From the NCBI GenBank assembly GCA_041602815.1, contig JBFIFO010000001.1, positions 14,303 to 78,302 of the forward strand: 64,000 bases of DNA, read 5' to 3'. Below are positions 44,688-53,690 of this stretch, piece by piece. Positions within the stretch are counted from its first letter, which is position 1, and each line of letters opens with the position of its first letter. The notes below the pieces were generated by a model that was not told the origin of the DNA, ran no database searches, and saw only the letters and a list, made by a program, of their open reading frames with translations. Position numbers and translations under genes: made by a program. The stretch comes from Alphaproteobacteria bacterium (GTDB taxonomy: Bacteria > Pseudomonadota > Alphaproteobacteria > UBA8366 > JADFVY01).

Positions 44688-45557
44688 ATGACCAAGGTTG
44701 CCTTCATCGGCCTTGGCGTCATGGGATATCACATGGCCGGACATCTGAAGTCCGGCGGACATGACGTCACCGTTTACACCCGCACCACCGAAAAGGCCGC
44801 GGCCTGGGTCAAGGACCATGGTGGTGCGATGGCCACGACTCCGCGCGAGGCTGCGGCCGGTGCGGAGATCGTGTTTTCCTGCGTTGGCAATGACGATGAC
44901 TTGCGAAACGTCACACTCGGTGATGACGGCATCTTTGCCGGAATGGGTGAGGGCACGATCATGGTCGACAACACGACGGCCTCCGCGAACGTCGCGCGTG
45001 AGCTCTATGGGATCGCCAGGGACCAGGGCGTTGGGTTCATCGACGCGCCCGTGTCCGGCGGAGAGGCCGGCGCCCAGAACGGCGTGCTCACCGTCATGTG
45101 CGGCGGGGACCAGGACGTCTTCGATCGTGCGCAGCCGGTGATCGATTGCTATGCGCGCGCGGTGACGCTCTTGGGTCCGGCCGGATCCGGGCAACTGACC
45201 AAGATGGTCAATCAGATCTGCATCGCCGGGCTCGTGCAAGGCCTGTCGGAGGGGATGAATTTCGGGATGCGCGCCGGTCTCGATATGGAAAAGGTCATCG
45301 ACGTCATCTCCAAGGGGGCGGCCCAGTCGTGGCAGATGGACAACCGGGCCCGCACCATGTGCCGGGGCGAGTTCGAGTTCGGCTTCGCGGTCGATTGGAT
45401 GCGCAAGGATCTCGGCATCTGCCTAGGGGAAGCGAACACCAACGGGGCGCGGCTCCCGGTCACCGCCCTGGTCGACCAGTTCTACGCCCAGGTCCAGGCC
45501 CGTGGCGGTCGTCGCTGGGATACGTCGAGCCTGATGCATCTCCTGGTCAACGAGTGA
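44688..45557 (+). CDS. NAD(P)-dependent 3-hydroxyisobutyrate dehydrogenase family oxidoreductase
   Basis: It has the Rossmann motif FIGLGVMG and a 6-PGDH-like C-terminal domain. A GGAGGA Shine-Dalgarno sequence lies upstream. Confidence 0.85.
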   Translation: MTKVAFIGLGVMGYHMAGHLKSGGHDVTVYTRTTEKAAAWVKDHGGAMATTPREAAAGAEIVFSCVGNDDDLRNVTLGDDGIFAGMGEGTIMVDNTTASANVARELYGIARDQGVGFIDAPVSGGEAGAQNGVLTVMCGGDQDVFDRAQPVIDCYARAVTLLGPAGSGQLTKMVNQICIAGLVQGLSEGMNFGMRAGLDMEKVIDVISKGAAQSWQMDNRARTMCRGEFEFGFAVDWMRKDLGICLGEANTNGARLPVTALVDQFYAQVQARGGRRWDTSSLMHLLVNE

Positions 45558-45575
45558 CGCGCGGCCGGCGATTCT

Positions 45576-46394
45576 CTATTTCTCCGACCGGCCGGACTCG
45601 GGTGCCCGCTTCACTTCATTCCAGAGCCTGTCCAGCTCGCCGATATCGACATCCTGCGGCTGCCGGCCCTGCTCGTTGAGGTGCGTCTCGACGCGGCGGA
45701 ACCTGTCCTCGAACTTGCGGTTTGCGCGACGGATCGCCGCCTCCGGCTCGATCGACAGGTGCCGGGCGAGATTTGCGACGGCAAACAACAAGTCACCAAG
45801 CTCGTCTTCCAGGCGGTCCGCCGCCCCTGCGCCGTCGATTTCCGAGCGCAATTCCGCTGTTTCCTCGTCGATCTTGGCCAACACACCGGAAATGTCGGGC
45901 CAGTCGAACCCGACGCGGGCGGCCCGCCTTGCAAGCTTGACAGCCCGCGTCAGGCCGGGTAGGGCGATCGATACGCCGTCAAGGACACTCGGCTCACGGC
46001 CTTCGGCACGCGCCGTAACCAGGCGTTCGGCAGCCTTCTGCTCCTCCCAGGCGGCGGTCTGCTCAACCGCGGACTCGACGGTTTCGTCGCCGAATACGTG
46101 CGGATGGCGACGGACCATCTTGTCCGAGATGCCCTGTGCGACGGCATCGAAGTCGAAGTGTCCATCCTCCTGCGCCATGCGGGCGTGGAAGACGACCTGC
46201 AACAGAAGATCGCCCAGTTCGTCCTTCAGCGCGGCCATATCGTGGCGGTCGATCGCCTCGGCGACCTCGTAGGCCTCTTCGATGGTATAGGGTGCGATGG
46301 TTGCGAAATCCTGCTCCAGATCCCACGGGCAACCACCCTCCGGGTCCCGCAGCCGGGCCATCACCGTCAGCAGCCGGTCGAGTTGCGCACTCAT
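45576..46394 (-). CDS. mazG: Nucleoside triphosphate pyrophosphohydrolase MazG
   Basis: It has tandem MazG domains (EEAYEVAEAI...ELGDLLLQ and EETAELRSEI...ELGDLLFA). Confidence 0.93.
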   Translation of the reverse strand: MSAQLDRLLTVMARLRDPEGGCPWDLEQDFATIAPYTIEEAYEVAEAIDRHDMAALKDELGDLLLQVVFHARMAQEDGHFDFDAVAQGISDKMVRRHPHVFGDETVESAVEQTAAWEEQKAAERLVTARAEGREPSVLDGVSIALPGLTRAVKLARRAARVGFDWPDISGVLAKIDEETAELRSEIDGAGAADRLEDELGDLLFAVANLARHLSIEPEAAIRRANRKFEDRFRRVETHLNEQGRQPQDVDIGELDRLWNEVKRAPESGRSEK

Positions 46395-46501
46395 GATCGG
46401 GTCGTCTCAGCCTTCAGTTGTCGGACCGAAGGCAGACTAACGCGCATTGCCGTGCAGCGAAAAGAAAACCGCTGCACCGGCGGACGAACGATGGCATAGT
46501 A

Positions 46502-46517
46502 TATCTACTAGTAGATA
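46502..46517. promoter_or_regulatory. Perfect 16-bp palindrome (TATCTACTAGTAGATA); candidate operator overlapping a candidate promoter
   Basis: Read directly from the sequence. It sits inside ATGGCA(46491-46496)-17 bp-GATAAT(46514-46519), about 45 nt upstream of the small ORF that starts at 46564. Confidence 0.5.
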
Positions 46518-46563
46518 ATGCGTGTCCTGGTCCAGGAACGGCATGAGCCCACGGGAGTTTCGT

Positions 46564-46827
46564 ATGGCGACGACAGCAGCTCAGCGACGCTGGCGGGACA
46601 AGAACCGCTTCGTCAAGACTCAGCTGAACATCATGGCACGCCGGATTGTCCACGACGACTTGGCCGAGACGGCCCGCGTCTTCAAGCTGCGCGGAAAAGG
46701 GGAGGCCGTGGCGTTCTCTTCGTTCGCGACCAAGGGGTTGATGCAGTATGCCGTGCACAACGACGAAGCCCGTCGATTGCTGGAGTTGTTCGTCAAGTCC
46801 TGGTACCGCGACCGCGATCTCTATTGA
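46564..46827 (+). CDS. Small hypothetical protein, possibly ribbon-helix-helix-like
   Basis: The ORF track gives 46522..46827. I prefer the ATG at 46564, which is preceded by GGGAG at a 6-nt spacing. The 87-aa product (MATTAAQRRWRDKNRFVKTQLNIMARRIVHDDLAETARVF...) belongs to no family I recognise. The strand-helix-helix pattern is an inference. Confidence 0.5.
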   Translation: MATTAAQRRWRDKNRFVKTQLNIMARRIVHDDLAETARVFKLRGKGEAVAFSSFATKGLMQYAVHNDEARRLLELFVKSWYRDRDLY

Positions 46828-46932
46828 TGAAGGCGCGCCGCGACGTATGCCCGTCGCCAACAAATCAGGCCCACGTCAACAGGACGTTAACGGTTTACCG
46901 GATAGATTGAGGCTACCGAATCCATCCAGAAC

Positions 46933-47265
46933 TTGCTGGAGATGAGCAGGATGGCACGTGGAGCCTCTTACAATCTCGACGAACTGATTTGGAAGAACCG
47001 CGGCGAAGGCCGCAACACCGGATGTCCGCGACTCGCCGGCCTCATTCGCGATGCGCGCGAACAGGCCGGGATGAGCCTCGAGGATCTCGCCGACAACATG
47101 GGCGTCGACCCCAACCGCCTCAGCGTCTGGGAAACCGGCACCGAAGGCATGGGTCGCGCCGATGTCGAAGCCTTTCGCTCGGTGTTCCCCGATATCGATC
47201 TGTCGATGGTGCGCTACCGTCCGACGCCGCATCACGGTGAGATCGCGCATATACCGCCCGACTGA
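46933..47265 (+). CDS. XRE-family helix-turn-helix transcriptional regulator
   Basis: It has the HTH core LIRDAREQAGMSLEDLADNMGVDPNRLSVWETG. The real start may be the ATG at 46942 or 46951. It is followed by a strong terminator. Confidence 0.72.
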   Translation: MLEMSRMARGASYNLDELIWKNRGEGRNTGCPRLAGLIRDAREQAGMSLEDLADNMGVDPNRLSVWETGTEGMGRADVEAFRSVFPDIDLSMVRYRPTPHHGEIAHIPPD

Positions 47266-47290
47266 GCCGGTTTCGCCACAGGTGTTCCTG

Positions 47291-47324
47291 GGCCGCGTTC
47301 CGAAACTGCGGGCGCGGCCTTTTT
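47291..47324 (+). terminator. Rho-independent terminator
   Basis: The GC-rich stem GGCCGCG...CGCGGCC is extendable by G-U pairs and is followed by TTTTT (47320-47324). It lies 26 nt after the XRE gene stop. Confidence 0.65.
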
Positions 47325-47551
47325 GCCGTAGCGTCCAACATTGTGTCGGACGGGGGGCGGGCTGTTCGGCACCGTCGCTGGGTCCGCAAATTGCGACGGC
47401 ACGCGTCAGTCCCTGGTGATTGCCTAAACAAAGTGTTTCCACGAACTCTTCGTAATCATTGAGAAATTAGAATTCGTAACCGATCATCATAAAGTCGCAT
47501 AATGTATATTATGGAAAATAAAGTGCACGATGCGGCGATGGTCCGGGGCGC

Positions 47552-48325
47552 TCAGACCTCGATGGTAAGGCCGTCATGTGCCGGTCTGACATGTCCCGGC
47601 AGTTCCTCACAGAGCGCTGCGTAGTCGAGCGTGTGGCTCATATGCGAAAGCCAGGCTCGTGTCGGCCCGACCCGTTCGATCCATTCAAGCACCTTATCGA
47701 CATGCGCGTGGGTCGGGTGCGGTGCGCGGCCGAGACACCCGACGATCCAGTTGTCCACACCATAAAGGCGCTCGAACGCTGGCTCGTCGAGCGCGACCAC
47801 GTCGACGGAATACGCAAACCCCTCGACACGCAGGCCCATGGTTGTACTGAAACCATGATCCTGGCGAAACGGGCGGATTTCGAGTTCGCCGATGCGAAAG
47901 CTACCGTCGCCGACGGGTCTCGGGTCGAGGCAGGGCTTGTAGAAGTGGCCGCGCGCTTTGTGATCGAGTGGCGCGAAGACATACCCGAACCGGGTGTTGA
48001 TCTGTTCCAGCGTCACGTCATACGCATACATCGGGATCGCCGCCCCCATGGCGACGTTAACCCAGCGCAGATCATCGATTCCATGGATGTGATCCGCATG
48101 GGCGTGGGTGAAGATAACAGCGTCGAGGTGGGCAGTTCCCGCGTCGAGCAGTTGGGCTCGGCAGTCCGGAGACGCATCCACGAGTATGGTGGCGCCCTTC
48201 CCTTCGATTAGGATGGAGGACCGGCGTCGCCGGTTTCGCGGTTCCGACCGGTCGCAGTCGCCCCAGTTGTCCCCGATCAGCGGCACGCCACCCGAGGCAC
48301 CGCAGCCGAGCACGGTGATCTTCAC
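47552..48325 (-). CDS. MBL-fold metallo-hydrolase (PhnP/GPMBL-like)
   Basis: It has the THAHADHIHG motif and sits in the conserved position downstream of tatD. Confidence 0.85.
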   Translation of the reverse strand: MKITVLGCGASGGVPLIGDNWGDCDRSEPRNRRRRSSILIEGKGATILVDASPDCRAQLLDAGTAHLDAVIFTHAHADHIHGIDDLRWVNVAMGAAIPMYAYDVTLEQINTRFGYVFAPLDHKARGHFYKPCLDPRPVGDGSFRIGELEIRPFRQDHGFSTTMGLRVEGFAYSVDVVALDEPAFERLYGVDNWIVGCLGRAPHPTHAHVDKVLEWIERVGPTRAWLSHMSHTLDYAALCEELPGHVRPAHDGLTIEV

Positions 48326-48337
48326 AGCATTTCTCCT

Positions 48338-49144
48338 TCAGTCCGGCCCAGCGCCCGCACCGGGTCGGGACGCCTTGCGGAACAGGCGGAAGAAATTGTC
48401 GCTGGTCACCCGCGCCAGTTCAGCAGGATCGATCCCCTGAAGGCCGGCAACCGCAGCGCCGGTATGGGCGACAAAGGCCGGCTCGTTGCGTTTGCCACGG
48501 TTCGGAACAGGTGCAAGGTACGGCGCATCGGTTTCGATCAGCAGGCGGTCGAGGGGAAGCGCGCGGACGGTTTCGCGCAAATGGTTCGCCGCCTTGAAGG
48601 TTACGATCCCGGAAAGCGAAATATAGAACCCTATTTCCAATGTTTTTTCAGCAAGATATCGAGATGTACTAAAGCAATGGATTACGCCGGGGAACACGCC
48701 CTTTCCATACTCCTCGGCCAAGATCGCCACGGTATCCTCGTCGGCGTCCCGTGTGTGAACGATAAGCGGCAGCCCGGTGTGGCGCGCCGCCGCAATGTGT
48801 GCGCGGAAGCTTGATATCTGAGCCTCGCGCGTGCTGTGCTCGTAGTAATAGTCGAGCCCGGTCTCGCCGATCCCGACCACCAGCGGGTCGGCTGCCAGTT
48901 CAATCAACCGTTCGGACGTGGCAGCGGGTCCCTCCCCGTCCGCCTCGTGCGGATGGACGCCCACCGAACACCACACGCCGTCGAACCGCGCTGCGATGGC
49001 GCGCACCTGTTCGAACCGGCTGAGATGGGTGCAGATCGTCACCATCGTGCCAACCCCGGCATCGCGGGCGCGGGCGACCACGCCCTGCAGGTCGTCGGCG
49101 AAGGTCGGAAAATCGAGGTGACAGTGGCTGTCGACGAGAAACAT
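48338..49144 (-). CDS. tatD: TatD-family metal-dependent hydrolase
   Basis: It starts at MFLVDSHCHLDF, trimmed from 49309. TatD motifs run throughout. Confidence 0.9.
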   Translation of the reverse strand: MFLVDSHCHLDFPTFADDLQGVVARARDAGVGTMVTICTHLSRFEQVRAIAARFDGVWCSVGVHPHEADGEGPAATSERLIELAADPLVVGIGETGLDYYYEHSTREAQISSFRAHIAAARHTGLPLIVHTRDADEDTVAILAEEYGKGVFPGVIHCFSTSRYLAEKTLEIGFYISLSGIVTFKAANHLRETVRALPLDRLLIETDAPYLAPVPNRGKRNEPAFVAHTGAAVAGLQGIDPAELARVTSDNFFRLFRKASRPGAGAGPD

Positions 49145-49160
49145 CGTGCCCCGGACCTCG

Positions 49161-50717
49161 TCAGTTGCCTTCTTCCTCGTCCGCATAGCGCGGAAACACT
49201 GGCTGTGGCCCTGGCAGAGTCGTTCCCGGCCGGAGCGGCGTTGCCAGGTCGGCCAGCGTTCGCGCCTCCGCTGGCACTGCGACCTGGTCGAGGATCGCGG
49301 CGGCGGCATCGGGCATGAACGGCTGTAGCACGATGGCGATCTGCCGGATGGCCTCGGCTAGCGCGTAAAGCACGGCGCCCATGCGGTCCGGGTCGCTCTT
49401 GCGCAGAGCCCAGGGCGCTTGCGCGTCGATATACCGGTTGGCTTCGCCGACGACCTCCCAGACCGCCGCAAGCGCCACATGGAACGCCTGCACCTCCAAC
49501 TCCCGGCGCAAACGGGGCAATAGGGCTGTCGCCTGCGCAATCAGCGCTGTATCGGTGTCGTCGACCCGCCCCGCCGGATCGGGAACCTCGCCGCCGCAGT
49601 TCTTGGCGATCATCGCCAGTACCCTCTGGCAGAGGTTTCCAAGATCATTGGCAAGATCCCCATTCAGCCGCCCAACCATCGCTTGGTGCGAATAGTCGCC
49701 GTCGTTGCCGAATGGCACCTCGCGCAGCAGGAAATAACGCACCGGATCGAGTCCGTATTTCGCGATCAGTGCATGCGGCTCAATCACGTTTCCCAACGAT
49801 TTCGAGATCTTCTTTCCTTCGTTCGTCCACCAGCCGTGGGCGAACACCCGTTTCGGCGGTTCCACGCCGGCCGCCATCAGGAACGCCGGCCAGTAAACCG
49901 CATGGAAACGCAGGATATCCTTGCCCACCATGTGCAGGTCGGCCGGCCAGTAGCGACGGAACGCGTCGCAATTCTTATCGGGATAACCGACGGCCGTGAT
50001 GTAGTTGGTCAGCGCATCCAGCCACACATACATGATGTGATCGTCGTCGCCGGGAACCGGAATGCCCCATTTGAACGTGGTGCGGGACACCGACAGGTCC
50101 TTCAGACCCGATCGGACGAAGCTCACCACCTCGTTGCGCCGCGACTCCGGCAGGATGAAGTCGGGATTCTTCTCGTAGAATTCGAGGAGCCGGTCCTCCC
50201 ATGCCGACAGCCGGAAGAAGTAGCTCGGTTCCTCGACCCATTCGACGGCGGCGCCTGATGCCTTGGAGACCTTGGTTCCGTCCGACCGGGTCTCGAGTTC
50301 GGACTCGGTGTAGAACGCTTCGTCGCGCACCGCGTACCAGCCGGCGTAGCTGCCGAGATAGATCTCGCCATTGTCGGCCAACGCCCGCCAGATCGCCTGG
50401 GCGGATCGTGTATGCCTGTCCTCGGTGGTGCGGATGAAGTCGTCGTTGCTGAATCTCATCGCCGTCGCCAGGTCACGAAAATTCACCGAAACCCTGTCGG
50501 TGAACGCCTGCGGGTCGGTGCCGGCCTCAAGCGCCGCTTTTTCGACTTTCTGGCCGTGCTCGTCTGTGCCGGTCAGGAAATGGACATCATATTCATCCAG
50601 GCGCTTGAACCGTGCCAGCACGTCGCAGGCCAGCGTCGTATAGGCGTGGCCGATGTGTGGGGCATCGTTCACGTAATAGATCGGCGTCGTGATGTAATAG
50701 GTCTTGTCGCCCGCCAT
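49161..50717 (-). CDS. metG: Methionine--tRNA ligase
   Basis: It has a HIGH-type motif (PHIGHAY) and the KMSKS variant KISKSLGN. 518 aa. Confidence 0.97.
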   Translation of the reverse strand: MAGDKTYYITTPIYYVNDAPHIGHAYTTLACDVLARFKRLDEYDVHFLTGTDEHGQKVEKAALEAGTDPQAFTDRVSVNFRDLATAMRFSNDDFIRTTEDRHTRSAQAIWRALADNGEIYLGSYAGWYAVRDEAFYTESELETRSDGTKVSKASGAAVEWVEEPSYFFRLSAWEDRLLEFYEKNPDFILPESRRNEVVSFVRSGLKDLSVSRTTFKWGIPVPGDDDHIMYVWLDALTNYITAVGYPDKNCDAFRRYWPADLHMVGKDILRFHAVYWPAFLMAAGVEPPKRVFAHGWWTNEGKKISKSLGNVIEPHALIAKYGLDPVRYFLLREVPFGNDGDYSHQAMVGRLNGDLANDLGNLCQRVLAMIAKNCGGEVPDPAGRVDDTDTALIAQATALLPRLRRELEVQAFHVALAAVWEVVGEANRYIDAQAPWALRKSDPDRMGAVLYALAEAIRQIAIVLQPFMPDAAAAILDQVAVPAEARTLADLATPLRPGTTLPGPQPVFPRYADEEEGN

Positions 50718-50757
50718 TGCGGCACTCCGAAATGCTGGTTCACGTCACTGTACGGGA

Positions 50758-51849
50758 TCAGCTGCGCACGACTGCTTGCAGGGTCAGGAACACGTTGACC
50801 ACGACCTGCTTGCGGTCGAGATTGGCGCTCCCGGCCTGGTAAAACAGGCGGGCCACCTTTTCCCACACCTCGAGCCAGTTCGCAAGGTTGCTGCGGGAGC
50901 GCCAAGCAAGCGCTGCCACGGTTTCGCCGTCCACTATTTCCGTCGGCGTGGCCTTCCGCGCCGTCCCGAGTACCACGCCGGAGAGCCAGCGGTCGACAAG
51001 CTGCCCCAACATGTCGAACGATTCGTCCGCGCCGGGTCGACCGACCTTGCCGGCCAGCGCATGTACGCCCTTGATGTCCAGGCAGCCGGCCTGCGACAGC
51101 AGTTCGACAAGGTCGCGATAGAGGGCGGCCCCGCCAGTATCGGCCAGGGCCAGCGCCCGGCCGATACTCCCGTCGGAGAGGCGTGCGACGGCCCGCATTT
51201 GCTCCCCGGACAGGTCGCGTCGATGATCGGACAACAACCTTACGACCATGTCCTCGTCGAGGGCGGTCAGATTGAGAATGCGGCAGCGCGAACGTATCGT
51301 TGGCAACAGGCTGCCCGGACAATGGCTGACAAGCAGGAACAGGGTCTGCGCGGGCGGTTCCTCAAGGCCTTTGAGAAGCGCGTTCGCGGCGTTGCGGTTC
51401 ATCTCGTCGGCGGCGTCGATGATGGCGACCCGCCACGCGCCAGCCGCCGTCGTTAGCGCAAGGAACGACGAAAGCCGCCGCACATCCTCCACGACGATTT
51501 CGCCGCGCAGCTTGCCGGTCTTCGGATTGACGGAGCGCTCAACGGTCAGGAGGTCGGGATGTCCGCCGCTCGCGACCTGCCTTTCGACGGGATGATTGAC
51601 GGGCAGTGCGAGGCTGTCGGCGGGCGGTTCCGTCGCCTCGAACAGACCGGCACGCCCGCCCGCGGCGAGCACGAAGCGGGCAATGCGAAAGGCCAGCGTG
51701 GCCTTGCCGATGCCGCGCGGACCGGCGAGCAGCCAGGCGTGGTGAAGCCGGCCCGATTTCCAGGCATCGAGAAAAACCTGCTCGGCCCCGGCGTGTCCGA
51801 GCAGGGCGGTCGTCTGTCGCGGTGCGGGGCGTTCCGGCTGGTCGCTCAT
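50758..51849 (-). CDS. holB: DNA polymerase III subunit delta prime
   Basis: An AAA+ clamp-loader-like protein (GPRGIGKATLA). It has a 4-nt overlap with tmk. Confidence 0.9.
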   Translation of the reverse strand: MSDQPERPAPRQTTALLGHAGAEQVFLDAWKSGRLHHAWLLAGPRGIGKATLAFRIARFVLAAGGRAGLFEATEPPADSLALPVNHPVERQVASGGHPDLLTVERSVNPKTGKLRGEIVVEDVRRLSSFLALTTAAGAWRVAIIDAADEMNRNAANALLKGLEEPPAQTLFLLVSHCPGSLLPTIRSRCRILNLTALDEDMVVRLLSDHRRDLSGEQMRAVARLSDGSIGRALALADTGGAALYRDLVELLSQAGCLDIKGVHALAGKVGRPGADESFDMLGQLVDRWLSGVVLGTARKATPTEIVDGETVAALAWRSRSNLANWLEVWEKVARLFYQAGSANLDRKQVVVNVFLTLQAVVRS

Positions 51850-52496
51850 AGCGCCGATGATACCTGCAGGCGCGTCTCAGCGGCAGCGCGGATCGCGGTA
51901 TGAACGGTATCTTCGTCCTGGGCGGCATCAATTACCACGCAACGGCCCGGTTCGTCCGCCGCGATGGCAAGGAATCCACGGCGCAGGCGCTCGTGGAAGG
52001 CATGGTCCATCCGTTCGTACCGATCCTCGCCGGCGCCGCGGGCTGCCGCACGTGCCAGGCCCAACTCCACCGGCAGGTCCAGAATCAGCGTCAAATCCGG
52101 TTTCAGGTCGCCGACGCAGATCCGGTATAGCTCCGCCAGTGCCGCGCGGTCGACGCCGTGTCCGTATCCCTGGTACGCCATGGTCGAATCCGCAAAACGG
52201 TCCGACACGACCCAGGCGCCGCGATCCAGCGCCGGCTGGATGGTGCTCACCAGATGGTCGCGCCGGGCCGCGAAATGCAGGAGCGCCTCGCCCAGCGGAT
52301 CCCAGCGCCGTACGTCTCCGTCGACCAGCAGGCCGCGGATCTGCTCGGCGCCGGGTGCGCCACCCGGTTCACGCGTCAGAACGATCTCGGGGACGAGGCC
52401 TGCAAGCCAGTCCGCAAGACGCCGGGCCTGGGTGGACTTGCCTCCCCCCTCCCCGCCTTCCAGGGTGATGAAGCGTCCCGGATGCCCCGCTCCCAT
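51846..52496 (-). CDS. tmk: dTMP kinase
   Basis: It has the P-loop LEGGEGGGKST and the DRY/DRF motif. Confidence 0.94.
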   Translation of the reverse strand: MGAGHPGRFITLEGGEGGGKSTQARRLADWLAGLVPEIVLTREPGGAPGAEQIRGLLVDGDVRRWDPLGEALLHFAARRDHLVSTIQPALDRGAWVVSDRFADSTMAYQGYGHGVDRAALAELYRICVGDLKPDLTLILDLPVELGLARAAARGAGEDRYERMDHAFHERLRRGFLAIAADEPGRCVVIDAAQDEDTVHTAIRAAAETRLQVSSAL

Positions 52497-52509
52497 CGCC
52501 GGATGGCTC

Positions 52510-53688
52510 TTATTCGGCGAAACCCAGGACTAGCTGACCGAGCGCGGTCCCGATGCGCCCGAAGAAGTTACGTTCCCCGACCGCCGCGCCCGCATACAGC
52601 GGCACCGCGATATCCTCCATACCCGGTGCGGAAACCACCAGCTTCGCGATCTCGTCGCCCCTCCCCACCGGTGCCGGCACCGCCTTCTGGTGAACAACGC
52701 TGACCTTCATTTGCCGCCGCGACTGGCGCGGTACGGCGACCTTGAACTCGCGATCGATGAATACGGGGACGGTTTCCCGCTGGCCCAACCACACGGGAAC
52801 TTCGGCAACGGTCTCACCGGAATCAAACAGAGCATACTGGCCCCATTCCCGAAACGCCCACTCGATCAACCGCTCGGTCTGTGCGCTACGCTCCTTCATC
52901 GACGACATGCCGTGGGTAACGGCGACGATCCGCCGCCCATCCCTGATGGCCGATGCGGCAATGCCGAATCCCGACTCCTCAGTATGGCCGGTCTTCAGGC
53001 CGTCGGCACCAAAGTTCTTGTATAGCAGCGGGTTTCGGTTGCCCTGCCTGATTTTGCTGAAGGTGAATTCCCGCTCTGCATAATAGTGGTAGAAATCGGG
53101 AAAATCGCGAATTGTCGCCATAGACAGCGTGGCAAGATCGCGCACGGTCGAATAGTGCTCCGGGTCCGGCCAGCCGCTTGAGTTGCGGAAATTGGTGTTG
53201 GTCATGCCGAGGGCTTTCGCCTTCTCGGTCATTTCCACGGCGAACGCCTCCTCCGTGCCGCCGAGCGCCTCTGCCACGACGATCGACGCGTCGTTTCCGG
53301 ACTGCACGATGATGCCGCGAATCAGGTCCTCGACCTTCACGCGCTTGCCGACCTCGACATACATTTTCGAGCCGCCCTTGCGCCATGCCTTCTCGCTGAC
53401 CGGAAGCGTGTCTTCCAGCGAAAGACGCCCGTCGCGCAAGCGCTCAAACAACAGATAGATGGTCATCATCTTGGTCATCGAGGCCGGACCGACGCGCTCG
53501 TCCGCGTCCTTCGCCAGCAATACGTTGCCGGTGTCGAAGTCGATGACGATGGCCTGTTTCGCCGTGGTTTCGATCGCATGCGCCGCCCCGGCCGGCAGGA
53601 AACCGATCGCCAGAACGAGGGTGAAAATTGACGAGGTAACTCGTGTAGCAGTCATTATGTGGCCAACACTTCCATGAGTGGTTTGCAA
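52510..53688 (-). CDS. dacC: D-alanyl-D-alanine carboxypeptidase (S11, PBP5/6-like)
   Basis: It has a signal peptide, SxxK (ASMTK), SGN (QSGND) and KTG (KTGHT). The start could be the internal Met at 53655. Confidence 0.9.
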   Translation of the reverse strand: MQTTHGSVGHIMTATRVTSSIFTLVLAIGFLPAGAAHAIETTAKQAIVIDFDTGNVLLAKDADERVGPASMTKMMTIYLLFERLRDGRLSLEDTLPVSEKAWRKGGSKMYVEVGKRVKVEDLIRGIIVQSGNDASIVVAEALGGTEEAFAVEMTEKAKALGMTNTNFRNSSGWPDPEHYSTVRDLATLSMATIRDFPDFYHYYAEREFTFSKIRQGNRNPLLYKNFGADGLKTGHTEESGFGIAASAIRDGRRIVAVTHGMSSMKERSAQTERLIEWAFREWGQYALFDSGETVAEVPVWLGQRETVPVFIDREFKVAVPRQSRRQMKVSVVHQKAVPAPVGRGDEIAKLVVSAPGMEDIAVPLYAGAAVGERNFFGRIGTALGQLVLGFAE

Positions 53689-53690
53689 TT

